Assembly: GCF_036971445.1 (NCBI RefSeq)
Contig: NC_091470.1
Coordinates: 310,496,001 to 310,560,000 of the forward strand
Length of the DNA: 64,000 bases
DNA from: Narcine bancroftii
Lineage: Eukaryota
Direction: 5' to 3'
A program made the translations under genes and the position numbers. Shown here piece by piece: positions 43,201-54,400 of this stretch (the first letter of the stretch is position 1; each line of letters opens with the position of its first letter). Below the pieces are notes generated by a model that was not told where the DNA came from, did no database searches, and saw only the letters and a program-made list of their open reading frames with translations.

Positions 43201-44738
43201 GCAAAAATTTTACAATTAACCATCAAAACCCTCCCAGCATTTCCTTCAAACGATTCCAATTCAAACAGAAATTTCTTATGAATTAAAATTGCTACACCCT
43301 TTGCTTCAGAATTAAAGAAAATACATGACCAATCCACTCTCTGTTGAATTTCAAATGTTCCTTTTCAGTCCAATGTGTTTCTTGCAAAAAAGCAATATCA
43401 ACTTTCATTTTTCTTAAATAAGCCAAAACTTGTTTGCGCTTAATTGGGTTATTCAAACCTTGAACCTTAATAGTTGCAAAATTCAAATTAGACATATCTT
43501 AATCTAATAATATATTCCACTACTATAAAATAATACTCCCCTTCTAATTCCCTTAATATTCTTACCCCCCCTGATGTAAATATTTTGAAAAAGGAAAAGA
43601 AAACTAACAATCCCCAAAACAAACTGCTAAAAAGTAGTAGCTCCCTAAAATCTGGGTGTGGTAAAACCCACTAGTGGCAGATGACTAAAGGTCTCAGTGT
43701 CATCCAGCCCCCCGAGTCAGACTTTCACAAAATACTGAAACAAAAATAATCAACCCAATGATTCCAGTCCCAATGATTGTTCCGGATCTTCAATATCAAT
43801 AAGACTTTGTGTCAATTCAACTTTCTTCCCATTCTTTCCATGTTTTCCATTCTTCCCATTTCCATTGCCATTTACCCTCCTCTTAGGTGACAGTGATGAC
43901 GATCGTCCATTTCCTCGTAAATCTGGCAATGAATTTGCAAAAATTAATGTGTCATGATCATTTTCAAAGAATTGAGATTGAAAGTTCCCATAAAAAACTT
44001 TTAACACGGCCGGATAATGAAAGGCAAATTTATATCCCTTTCGCCACAGTACTTTAGCTGAATTAAATTCTCAGCGCCTTCTAATAATTTCTCGACTCAA
44101 ATCCGCATTAAAAAATCCTGTTATTCTGGACCATCATTGGAGCCTGATTCTGTCGTGCTTTCTGCACCGCCATGTAATGGAGGATTTAGACCAGCTTATG
44201 CAAGAAGGGATGCAGTTGCATCAGAAGACATAATCTAAATTTACACCATGAGGCCCAGAGATGCAGTTTTCTTTTGTTGGTCGCAGACTGTCAGGAGACC
44301 TTGAAGATAATTAAATCATTTGTTCAAAGAGATAAGATCTGAAGTAAACAACTTTTGGGTAATATAAGCCATGGTCCCACTGCGGAAGTTTGAGACTCTC
44401 CAAGAGGTGGCAACATCTCTCAACAAGAAGAAGAACTTCAAGAGTCCAACTAACGTCCCGGTCGAGGGAGGTAGAGAAGCTGCTACCGGCACCCCGAAAA
44501 CCTACTGCAAGTGTGCAGTCGTCGCCTCGCTTTGGCAGTTGGGACCAGTCCAGGCATTGATAAGTATAATTGGGAAGGGCTTGCATATTGTAATGTGAAT
44601 TCAGCTAGCTATTTAGTAATAAAGACTTGTATAAACTGAACTGCTCTCGGTGTGTGTGTCTATTTTCTTTCGGTAGCTCAAACACTGTGACCAATCTAAA
44701 ACGATCAAAATGAAAGGTATAAGTTTACCCAAGACAAT

Positions 44739-44756
44739 TGGCGCAGCGAGCAGGGT
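44739..44756 (+). promoter_or_regulatory. Primer-binding site complementary to the tRNA-Ser(UGA) 3' end
   Basis: TGGCGCAGCGAGCAGGGT is the reverse complement of ACCCTGCTCGCTGCG-CCA, the recalled vertebrate tRNA-Ser(TGA) 3' end. It lies 2 nt after the LTR's terminal CA. Confidence 0.82.
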
Positions 44757-44766
44757 TGGTCTCAAG

Positions 44767-45399
44767 ATGTTTCGTCGAAAGAAAGAGGTGAGCCCTGAGC
44801 AGTTCTTGACTCCAGGATGGAATTCCAAAGACGATGGGTTTGGCATGTTGGCCAATACCCTGTCTTTGTTGGGACCACCCCTCAGTTGGGATGAGAAGTT
44901 AGATCCATCAAGTGCGCCTCTGGGAGAGCGGGTTGCCACTCTCCTTCGAGACAGTAAATTTCCTGTTAAAAAGGGGACGCTGACAGACAGTTTTTGGCTG
45001 CTGGCCACAGCCTTACGCCACTCTGTTCAGCATGAATCAGAATCAGTAAGGCGAGAAGTAGAATCTCAGCGTAAGAGAGAGCAACTAGAGGAGGAGCTAG
45101 AAGCCCTGCGACAACACTGTTCCATGATGAGTGAGATTGTTTGCACCAGTCAGGACCGAGCCAAAGAATGGGAGGATAAGCATGTCCAAACGATCTGCCG
45201 TAATATTAAACTCCGGCAGCAGTACTGTGCAGATAAAGAAAGGCATGGAGTAGAACCCGATCCACATTTGGGAATTGTCTTGGGTAAACTTATATCTCTC
45301 ATTTTGATCGTTTTAGATTGGTCACAGTGTTTGAGCTACCGCAAGAAAATAGACACACACACCGAGAGCAGTTCAGTTTATACAAGTCTTTATTACTAA
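44767..45399 (+). CDS. Truncated gag-like N-terminus (coiled coil) reading into the antisense LTR
   Basis: ATG lies 10 nt after the PBS, in frame with ORF 44710-45399, with no stops. The last ~40 codons come from the inverted LTR. Gag identity is inferred from position only. Confidence 0.5.
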   Translation: MFRRKKEVSPEQFLTPGWNSKDDGFGMLANTLSLLGPPLSWDEKLDPSSAPLGERVATLLRDSKFPVKKGTLTDSFWLLATALRHSVQHESESVRREVESQRKREQLEEELEALRQHCSMMSEIVCTSQDRAKEWEDKHVQTICRNIKLRQQYCADKERHGVEPDPHLGIVLGKLISLILIVLDWSQCLSYRKKIDTHTESSSVYTSLYY

Positions 45400-48131
45400 A
45401 TAGCTAGCTGAATTCACACTACAATATGCAAGCCCTTCCCAATTATACTTATCAATGCCTGAACTGCTCCCAACTGCCAAAGCGAGGCGACGACTGCACA
45501 CTTGTAGTAGGTTGTCGGGGCGCCGGTAGCAGCTTCTCTACCTCCCTCGACCGGGACGTTAGCTGGACTCTTGAAGTTCTTCTTGTTGAGAGATGTTGCC
45601 ACCTCTTGGAGAGTCTCAAACATCAGCAGTGGGACCACGGCTTATATTACCCAAAAGTTGTTTACTTCAGATCTTATCTCTTTGAACAAATGATTTAATT
45701 ATCTTCAAGGTCTCCTGACAGTCTGCGACCAACAAAAGAAAACTGCATCTCTGGGCCTCATAGTGTAAATTTAGATTATGTCTTCTGATGCAACTGCATC
45801 CCTTCTTGCATAAGCTGGTCTAAATCCTCCATTACACACCATTCATAATATCATTTCTCTGTCCTGGTATTTCAAACAGCGAATCAAAACTGCTTATGGT
45901 GGTGGGCCTGGAAACGGTTTCTTCCTTAGTGCTCTATGTGCTCGATCTAACTCCAGACCATCCAGAAAAAATTCCTTGCTTAACACCTCAGGAATCCATT
46001 TCTTAAAAAACTTTACTGGATCAGAACCTTCTATATCTTCTGGAAGACCTACTATTTTTACATTATTTCTTCAACCCTGATTTTCTAATGAATCAATCTT
46101 CTTCAATAATTCCTTCTTCTGAATCCCCCAATCCACGAATGTCATCCATTTTTCCATATTTTGCTCTACTTGATTCTTACATTAAAAAAAACTTCAATCT
46201 TTTTAAATGTTATCTTGTACAGTGTCCACTGATTTTATACATCTATTAACATCACTTTTAAATACATTAATACCTTGCTTCATACAAGTCATTTCTTCAC
46301 ATATAGTAGTCATTTTAGTTTTCACTTCCATAAATCCTTGAGTCATCTGAGTAGACATCTGTATTGATATATGTTCTATTTGATGAGCAATCCCTTCCAA
46401 AATTGTGAACACAGAATCCATTCCAGGTTCCATCACCTCCTTTTGAGGCCTACCTTTTCTGGTCTCAGTCCCCATTTCTTCCTGTGTAAGTTCCAGTAAT
46501 GTTGATCTTTCTTCCGCCTCTAACATCATAGGTCCTCTTCCAGTGCGGCTGCTGGTCTGAACGCCTGTCGAAAGCGTGCCGACCTCTTCAGCCCACCGCT
46601 GTTCAGGCTCCCCCACAGCCCACACCTTGTCCAGTAGTTCCCAGACCCACAACACTCCACACATGCCCGGCAAAGTCATCTTCCACACAGGTGCTACACT
46701 GCGCGCTCCAGACTGCCAGGCAGTATTGTGGGCTCACGGGTCTGTCTTTGGTCAGCTGATCCGCCCACGCCCCTGGACTCACGGGGGCACAAGTCAGGGC
46801 CAGCTGAGCCCGTCACTGAGCCGGCGCCATCTTGCAATCAGTGCCGGCGTAATACTTAACCGACCAGGAGTCCTCTGAGGCTTGGGGACTCCAGGTGATG
46901 ACTCCATGGCTTCAACTTGGTAAGTAGGCCTCAGTTCTTCAACACTTTTGTAAGGTAATTTCTTTTGCAATTGAGTTTTTGAATTTTTCACATTTGCAGC
47001 CATTGCAATCCTCCAATATTCCAAAGTCTATAAATATTATTTTTAACCACCTTTACAAATTTTAAATTCGGGTATTTAGAAGTCTAACTGGGGGAAGGTG
47101 GAACCACACGTCTTGCCATGCCCCTGCCATTTCTTTTCATTTGAGACAATTTACAATAGTGTAATATGAGATGTGGGAGGAAACCAGAAGGCCTGGGGAA
47201 GTGTATGCAGTCAAAGGAGGAAAATGCAAACACCTCACAGATAATTATTTTACTTTTTAAAATATTTTTATTGATTTTAACATACAAATGCCTATCACAA
47301 ATTAAATAAATATTAATCAACAATCTATTCATATTTGTTTATTTAACAATATTTCTTTAAAACATTAAATTCGATCACTATGGTAATTAACCATCTATCT
47401 CTTTCTCATAAGATGTTCAAAAATAGTTCTGGATAGAAAATAAAAAAGACTAAATTAAACAATTCCTTTATTTAAACAAAGAGTAAATTCTGTCTCATTT
47501 AATGATATGATCTATGTCAACCATATTTAAACCCATAGATAACCAACAGATAAATCCAGAGTCAGGACTGACCTAATTGCTTAACTGTGCACTACCTGCT
47601 GTGCCACTGTTCACTCCCAGAATAACTTTCACAAAAATAATGCTGAATGTTCAAACCCAATTTTGTCTGAAGAGCCTGATGCATTTTTCCTGCAGTCATA
47701 TGCATGGTGCTGTGTCACCTTTTGCAAGACAAATTTCAAATAGACTGATCCAAATGGTAAACCCATTCACCACATTCCAGATGCTTTTCCACATTCCCCT
47801 TTAAAATTAAGTGGCCAGAAGATGAAGATTGAGTGATAAAGAATGAAAGAAATGATACCAAACTCCACCCCCACCAAGGCTTCACAAGGCACTTCCAATG
47901 ATGTTGTCATCAATTGCATCTGTGACCTCCAAAAAAACCTCAAATTCCACCATTTAAGTGTGAAATTTTTTGAAGGAGAATGTTAAATTAATTTGAAGTT
48001 ACAGTGTGCCCAATAAAAGTAATACTAATGAAACAGGTTAGCCTAATACAATAATAAATGTATAAACCCAATGGATGGGAAGATTTGAATTGTACAATAA
48101 TCTGATTGAATATTCTGCTGTTATCCCACAG

Positions 48132-48312
48132 AACAACTCAATGTATTGAGAAGCTGGAAGTGGATCCAAGCAAACACGTTGACATAACCAGTATAGTGAC
48201 AATGAAGAAATCAGTTCCTCAAGGACCACTCAAAATCAATCAAAGTAGGGCACTGAAAAGGGACATCGGTGACTTTCAGGATAACCCTGAGGTTCCACCA
48301 CTGCTCGACTAA
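48132..48312 (+). CDS. DNAAF11: DNAAF11 terminal coding exon (...EKLEVDPSKH...DFQDNPEVPPLLD*)
   Basis: atcccacAG acceptor and TAA stop ending at 48312. EKLEVDPSK and F.DNPEVPPL match the LRRC6 C-terminus. Confidence 0.92.
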
Positions 48313-48415
48313 AACTAGATATGAATCAGCACCGTCGGTCTGGATATTTGATCAAATGAATTCTTCCTCTTAATTGTTGTATAGTTTTCCTATTTTAAGG
48401 TAAAGCAGCAGTGAA

Positions 48416-48421
48416 AATAAA
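48416..48421 (+). terminator. Candidate poly(A) signal of DNAAF11 (alternatives near 48609 and 48728)
   Basis: AATAAA about 100 bp after the stop codon. Which signal is used cannot be determined from sequence. Confidence 0.45.
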
Positions 48422-48959
48422 GTTTACTATGACCAGAATAATTTGGATCTCATTTGTTTATTATTAACTTGAGTCATCTTGCATCAGTCACAAACAGCCA
48501 ACTTCTTACAACTCTGTACTTAAAATGATAATTGTAAGCAGAATTCTGAAGTCAATTTACTGTTAACTTCAAAAAAAATCAAGATTATAACCAAGCTTCA
48601 AAGCAAGAAATAAACATTTTAAAATTATTTTTATTCAAATTTCCTATTGATTTCCACCACTGGCAGTGTGGGAGGACATGTTCAGAAAAATTGGATTTTA
48701 ATTTAATTGCTTATTCATTTGTTTTAAAATAAAGTAAGCTGGTTGCCTTAGTAAGGAGCAAGCAATACAGGTCCATGGCCAGCCACAGGATCATCGATGT
48801 TGACTGAATGCTTCTATCTAAATGACCTCAATTCCACTTCCTCCTCTCATCAACCCACATTTTCTTTTGATTTACATATTTCAGATAGTGTAAGTTTGGA
48901 TTTCTATGGGGTTTTTTTTTTTAACCTACTTCTGTTGTGGTCACGTACTTGCCTTCATT

Positions 48960-49810
48960 AGGAGCAAATGTTTGCCCATAGTTCTCCTTGGCATGCATAC
49001 TGCTGTTAAAGCAGATCTTGGATGTTCACTGGCAGAGCTAATATGCGTCACTACATTAACCTTGCCAGGTGAGTTTGTGAATCTCAGTCAAAGCACAACT
49101 CTATGATCTGGCTAGTTATGTTGATCGTCTTTGGGAATACCTACTCCTGCATGGCAGGCGTCACCTCCAGTGTATGTGCTGAATGATTTATGACATTGTA
49201 CTCCTGTTCCTCTGGCATAATGTTCGTGAACCACTCCAGCCAGTTTACGATGGTTCTTTTCAGGTCTTACAACACCACCCAAAGACCTTTGTGATTGACA
49301 GGAATAGAAAAGCTGACAGTTTCCATCAACAAGTTGAAGCCCAACATTTATTAATGGTCCATATTCTGCGTTGGAGCCAGAGTTAGAGAGCCAGTCGCAC
49401 TCTTGCCAGTCATCACCTGTGTTGCACTGTCGTACGAGATCGGGCTGAACTTTCAGCCCTCCAGTCAGTTACACAGTGGGACAGTCCAATCAGTCATTCC
49501 TTCCATGGCTCAAAGGCTGGGGTGGGGGGGCTATTGCATACTTACCTTCATTGGGAGTTAATGATGTAACTGATGCAACCTGCAGGAGAAATAGTGCACG
49601 TGTGGGTGTGTTAAGCATCGGTATACAGGTGTTGAATCTCAGATGCAGGAGGAGGAAAGTGAGAGCGTCAGGATCAAACATGTGGCAGTGAGCTAATAAG
49701 AAGATCAGTGGTGTTTGGGGAGTTGAAGAATGCAATGATGTGTCCAGTGAATAATAAAAAAAAAGTCGACTTCATGGTGTGCTGAAGGAAACAAGTGAGT
49801 GTATTCTTTG
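48960..49810 (+). mobile_element. Old Gypsy integrase 3' remnant, PPT and probable LTR
   Basis: LPIVLLGMHTAVKADLGCSLAEL and PLQPVYDGSFQVL motifs, with a G-rich PPT at about 49518-49530. Confidence 0.65.
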
Positions 49811-51329
49811 TTTGTAAACTGTGGTAAATCAGTGTCATTATAATTCTCTCACCTCAACCCATACTCTTCTCTCCACTTTGTAGGAGAAAATTGATGGGTG
49901 TGCACAATAAAATGATTGGAGCATTCGTAGGCATACCAGGAAACTCGCGTGCTATGTCAAGGAGCACGGAAGAGTCCAGTGTTAACCCAGCAAAGGACTC
50001 TTTGTCAACTCTGCAGACCCAGATCCACAGTGTAGCAGTGATAGCTAATGCTATTAATACTTATGAGCCCAATCATGTAGTTGACGTCTCAGCTTCAACT
50101 GCGTCACAGGTAGGAGCAAGCTAATTTCTGATAATGAAGTGGATACTCTATTCCTATCCAAGCTCTGTCTCTGGAATTGTGGTTATGGATTTCATTTTCA
50201 AAATGAATTGCTGAGTTTTGCTTTGGTCCAACAAATTGTTCTCTAAAGCAAATTGCTTGGATCATTAAGATGCTGTTGCAGGTGAGTGGTGAGAATCCAT
50301 AATGTATAAATCTCAGGATGTCTTTACACCTGTGCCCTTGATGTCATCAGTGAGCTAATATTGCTTTCACACATGCTGAGTTCCAAACAATTATAGGTCC
50401 AGAAATGGTTAAGGTCACTTCCGGTGCAAACCCAGTGAGAGTGGCGAGTGGAGTAACATCGCTCATCCGCACGGTCCTATTGCTGATGGCTCTGTACAAG
50501 CTTTAAAAGGCCTGTTAAAAGAGTTACAACAGTGTAAAAAACCTGAAGCCACAGGGTCTAAGATGGCAACACCTGTGTTGGGAGTGGCCTCCAGGGGTTG
50601 CAGACTCTGGAGTAGCAGCAGACTGACACAGAGCACCAGAAAATGGGGAGAGCACCCCCTGTTCGGGATGAAAACTAGAGGTGATGACCCAACAGGACAG
50701 TGACCATGGGCGTCTCTGTGGCTGAAGACACACCCTGAATACTTCTGGGCAAGGAACCCACACAGGCTGCAGGCTGTTAGAGACTGGCACATGGCATCAG
50801 GTATCGGAACTGGAATTCGAGAGGATGCTGAGGGCAAGAAGGGCTCCAGGAATTGAAGACTTCTGATTGTGTCAGAGGTTTGGATTTGGAGCTCGGGTTG
50901 TTGATGGTTTGAGCTGAACTGGAGTCAGTTCAGTTGTGGGAGCACAAGGATACTCAGAGATTTTAAAGGGATTCTCTTGCTTCTCCTTCCTTTAAATTTA
51001 GACATGCAGCACGGTAACAGGCTCTTCGGCTGACGATCCCATGCCATCCAATTATGAACAATTACACCCAATTAACCTATAACCCCCATATGTTTGTGAA
51101 GGGTAGGAGGAAACTGGAGCCCCACACAGACATGGGGAGACCATACACAATTCTTATAGACAGTGCTCAATCTGAAACCAGATACTTAAAGTGGAATGTG
51201 AGTTGTTGGGTGGGGGGGGGGGGGGGGGGGGGTGGGTGCAGTTTGAAAACCATTGATTTATTCCAAGATCTCTAATCACCTCTGATACATTACACAACAA
51301 TCCAGAACAACCAATCCCTAGTGGGCTCA

Positions 51330-54030
51330 TCAACAAGCTCCCATAAATAGCCTTCTCATAGGCATTCTACAAATTATTTCTCTTGAGATCCAGTCCCAAC
51401 CTATTTTTGCCCAATCTACTTGCGTGTTAAAATCCCCCATGACTACCATGACATTGTCCTTCTGACCCACTTTTTAAATTTGTTGTGCACATCCTGGCTA
51501 CTATTTGGAAGTCTGTATATAACTGCCAACAATGTCCTTTTACCCTTGCCATTTCTTAACTCAATCTACAATGATTTTATATCTTTTTATCCTATGGTTC
51601 CTCTTTCTATTTAATATTATTCCTTACCAACGGAGCCTCGTCACCCCCTCTGCTTACCTGCCTATCTTTTCAATACACTTTGTATTCTTGGGCATTCAGT
51701 TCCCAATGACATGCATCCTTTGGGCACGACTCCTTGTCCAAGCAACATCCCAATAAATCTCTTCACCATTCTATCTTGTTGCTACCTTTTCTGTAAATAG
51801 GTGATTCAAATTTGACCTCACCAATGTCATATACAACTTTAACATAACATTCCTGCTCCTATATTTAATACTTTGATTTATGAAGGCCAACATGTCAAAA
51901 GCTCTCTTTACAACCCCATCCACCTGTAATCCCACTTTCAAGGAATTATCTATTTGTATTCCCAGGTCCCTCTGCTCTACTGTACTCCTTGGTACCCTCC
52001 CATTCACCGTGTATGTCCTTTCTTGGTTTGTCCTTCAAAAATGCAACTCCTCACATTTGTCTGCATTAAATTCCATCTGCCATTTTTTCCAGCTGGTCCA
52101 GATCCCTTTGCAAGCTTTAAAAACCTTCTTCGCTGACTATAACACCTCAAATCTTAGTGTCGTCTGCAAACTTACTGATCCAATTTACCATATCATCATC
52201 CAGATCATTGATATAGATGAGAAACAACAATGGTCCCAGCACTGACCCCTGAGGCACACCACAGGTCACAGGCCTTCAGTCTGAGAAGCAGTCATCCACT
52301 ATTACTCTCTGGGTTCTCCCATCCAGCCATGGTCTAATCAAGTTCACTACTTCATCAAGAAGACCTAGCATATGAATCTTCCTAATCTTGACTAACCTCC
52401 CATATGGGACCTTGTCAAAGGCCTTACTAAAGTCCATGTAAACAATATCTACAGCCTTTCCTTCATAAATTTCCTGGCATCCTCCTCGAAAATCTCTATA
52501 AGATTGGTTAAACATGATCTACCACGCACAAAGCCATGTTGACTATCTCTGATCAGTTTCTTGCTATCCAAATAATTGTATATCCGGCCTACAATTTCTC
52601 AGGTTATTTTGGAGCCATTTTTAAACAATGGAACGTGAGCTATTCTCTAATCCTGTGGCTAGGACATTTTAAATATTTCTGCCAGAGCCCCTGCAATTTC
52701 TACACTAGTCTCCCTCAAGGTCTGAGGGAATATCTTGTCTGGCCCGGAGATTTAACCACCCTTATTTGCTTTAGGACAGCAAACACTTCTTCCTCTTTAA
52801 TCTGTATAAGTTCAATGACTTTCTTGTTTGTTTTCCTTACTTCCCATGACTTTGTTTCCTGAATGAATACTGATGGGGTTTTAAAAAAACATTTAAAATC
52901 TCTCCCATCTCCTTTGGCTCCAACAGAGATGACCACTCTGATCTTCAAAGGGACCAATTTTGTCTCTTACTATCCTTTCTTTTAATATTCTTTAGGATTT
53001 TCATTCACATTGTCTGCCAAAGCAACTCATGTCTTCTTTTAACCTTCCTTATTTGTTTCTTGAGGTTTTACTTGCATTTTTAATGCTCTTCAAGTTGCTC
53101 ATTTGCTCCACGTTGCCTATGCCTGCTATACACCTCTCTCTTCTTCAGCACTAAATCCCCAATATTTCTTATAAACCAAAGTTCCCTATGCCTGCAAACC
53201 TTGCCTTTGATCCTGACAGGAACATACTAACTCTATACTCTCAATTTCACCTTTGAAGGTCTTCCACTTACTTTGCACATCCTTGCCCAAAAACAACGTA
53301 TCCCAATCCAAGTTAGATCCAATTCTCATTTCCTCAAAATTGGCCTTTCCCCAATTTAGAATCTCAACTCCTGGTCCTGGCCTATCCTTCTCCATAATTA
53401 ACTTGAAACTCATGACATTATGATCACTGGACCCAAAATGTTCCCCTACATATACTTCTGACACCTGTCCTGTCTCATTCCCCAATAGGAGATTCAGTAT
53501 TGCACTCTCTCTAGTTGATGGATCTATATTTTGATTGAGAGAATTTTCCTAAACACATTTGACAAACTCCAAGCCACCCAGCCCTTTTACAGTATGGGAG
53601 TCCCAGTCAATATGTGGAAAATTAAAATCCCTTACTCTCACAACCTTATGTTTCCAGCAGCTGTCTGCTATCTCTCTACAGATGTATTCCTCCAATTCTT
53701 GTTGACTATTATAAGTGTGGTCATACCTTTCCCGTTTCTCAGCTCCACCAATATACCATCAGTAGATGAGCTCCCTGGTCTATCCTGCCTGAGCACAGCT
53801 GTGATATTTTCCCTGATGAGCAATCCCACTCCTGACTGTCATCCATCTCCCCTCATTCTGCCTCCTAAATAATCTGGAGTTCATCCAACTCCAGCTCCAA
53901 TTTGTTAACTTGGCTTGTCAGGAGCTGCAGCTGGATGCACTTCTCACAGATTAAGTCGTCAGAGATACTGTTGGCTTTACTGATTACTACATTCTGCAAG
54001 AGGAGCATTCCCCTGCCTTAGCTGCCATTC
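51330..54030 (-). mobile_element. CR1 LINE fragments (RT, APE and ORF1 end)
   Basis: VDIVYMDFSKAFDKVP, EHFGSSDHN and RDLGIQ motifs. Confidence 0.85.
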
Positions 54031-54400
54031 CCACTATTTATGACTAGAGGAACACAATATATGATATGCATAACCTGCTCTTACCAGTGCCTTCCTGCTG
54101 AATCCTTTTTGTTCTTGAATAGAGTGGCCCTTTCTTAGTTCAACTCCTACTATCCCTCATCTGTTCTCACTGAAGCCTGTTGAGCTAGAGCCTTACCACT
54201 CTGATTCAGCCCACTCCAATGACCCCTCCCTCAATTAGGATTTTGGTAAATCTCAGCTTTTGGTTTATTTAGAACTATTTCTTTTCACTTGAGGCTTGAT
54301 GAAGCTTCTAATCCAGAAATAATGTAGAAAAGAGAAATAGATTGGAATGGGACTGAGAATTGAAGATTGAACATGGTTAGGATTGTGAGCAGAGGCGAAC

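Larger units (their letters stand above)
44173..45836 (+). mobile_element. LTR retroelement derivative with inverted LTRs
   Basis: LTR at 44173-44736 (TGT..ACA), PBS at 44739-44756, gag-like ORF, inverted LTR at 45276-45836. TSD cgcca/cacca. Confidence 0.88.
40062..47120 (-). mobile_element. Near full-length L1-clade LINE (5' end, ORF1, ORF2, 3' A-rich tail), carrying nested insertions
   Basis: ORF1 pieces at 43750-47024. ORF2 has APE (AFLQETH) and RT (GKSPGDDG, LFEDD) motifs. A roughly 20-bp imperfect TSD cccctg(g/c)catttct(c/t)ttca lies at 40042-40061 and 47121-47140. It interrupts a SINE-like sequence. Confidence 0.88.

Noticed and set aside
44311-44598. 75-aa and 91-aa ORFs 'conserved' in two copies (also 45414-45698)
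   Set aside because: They recur only because the LTRs are near-identical. They are short and show no sign of coding selection.
44173-45836. DIRS element or DNA transposon with long TIRs
   Set aside because: No tyrosine recombinase or transposase is present. The repeat has TG..CA ends, a poly(A) signal and a tRNA PBS, so it is an LTR.
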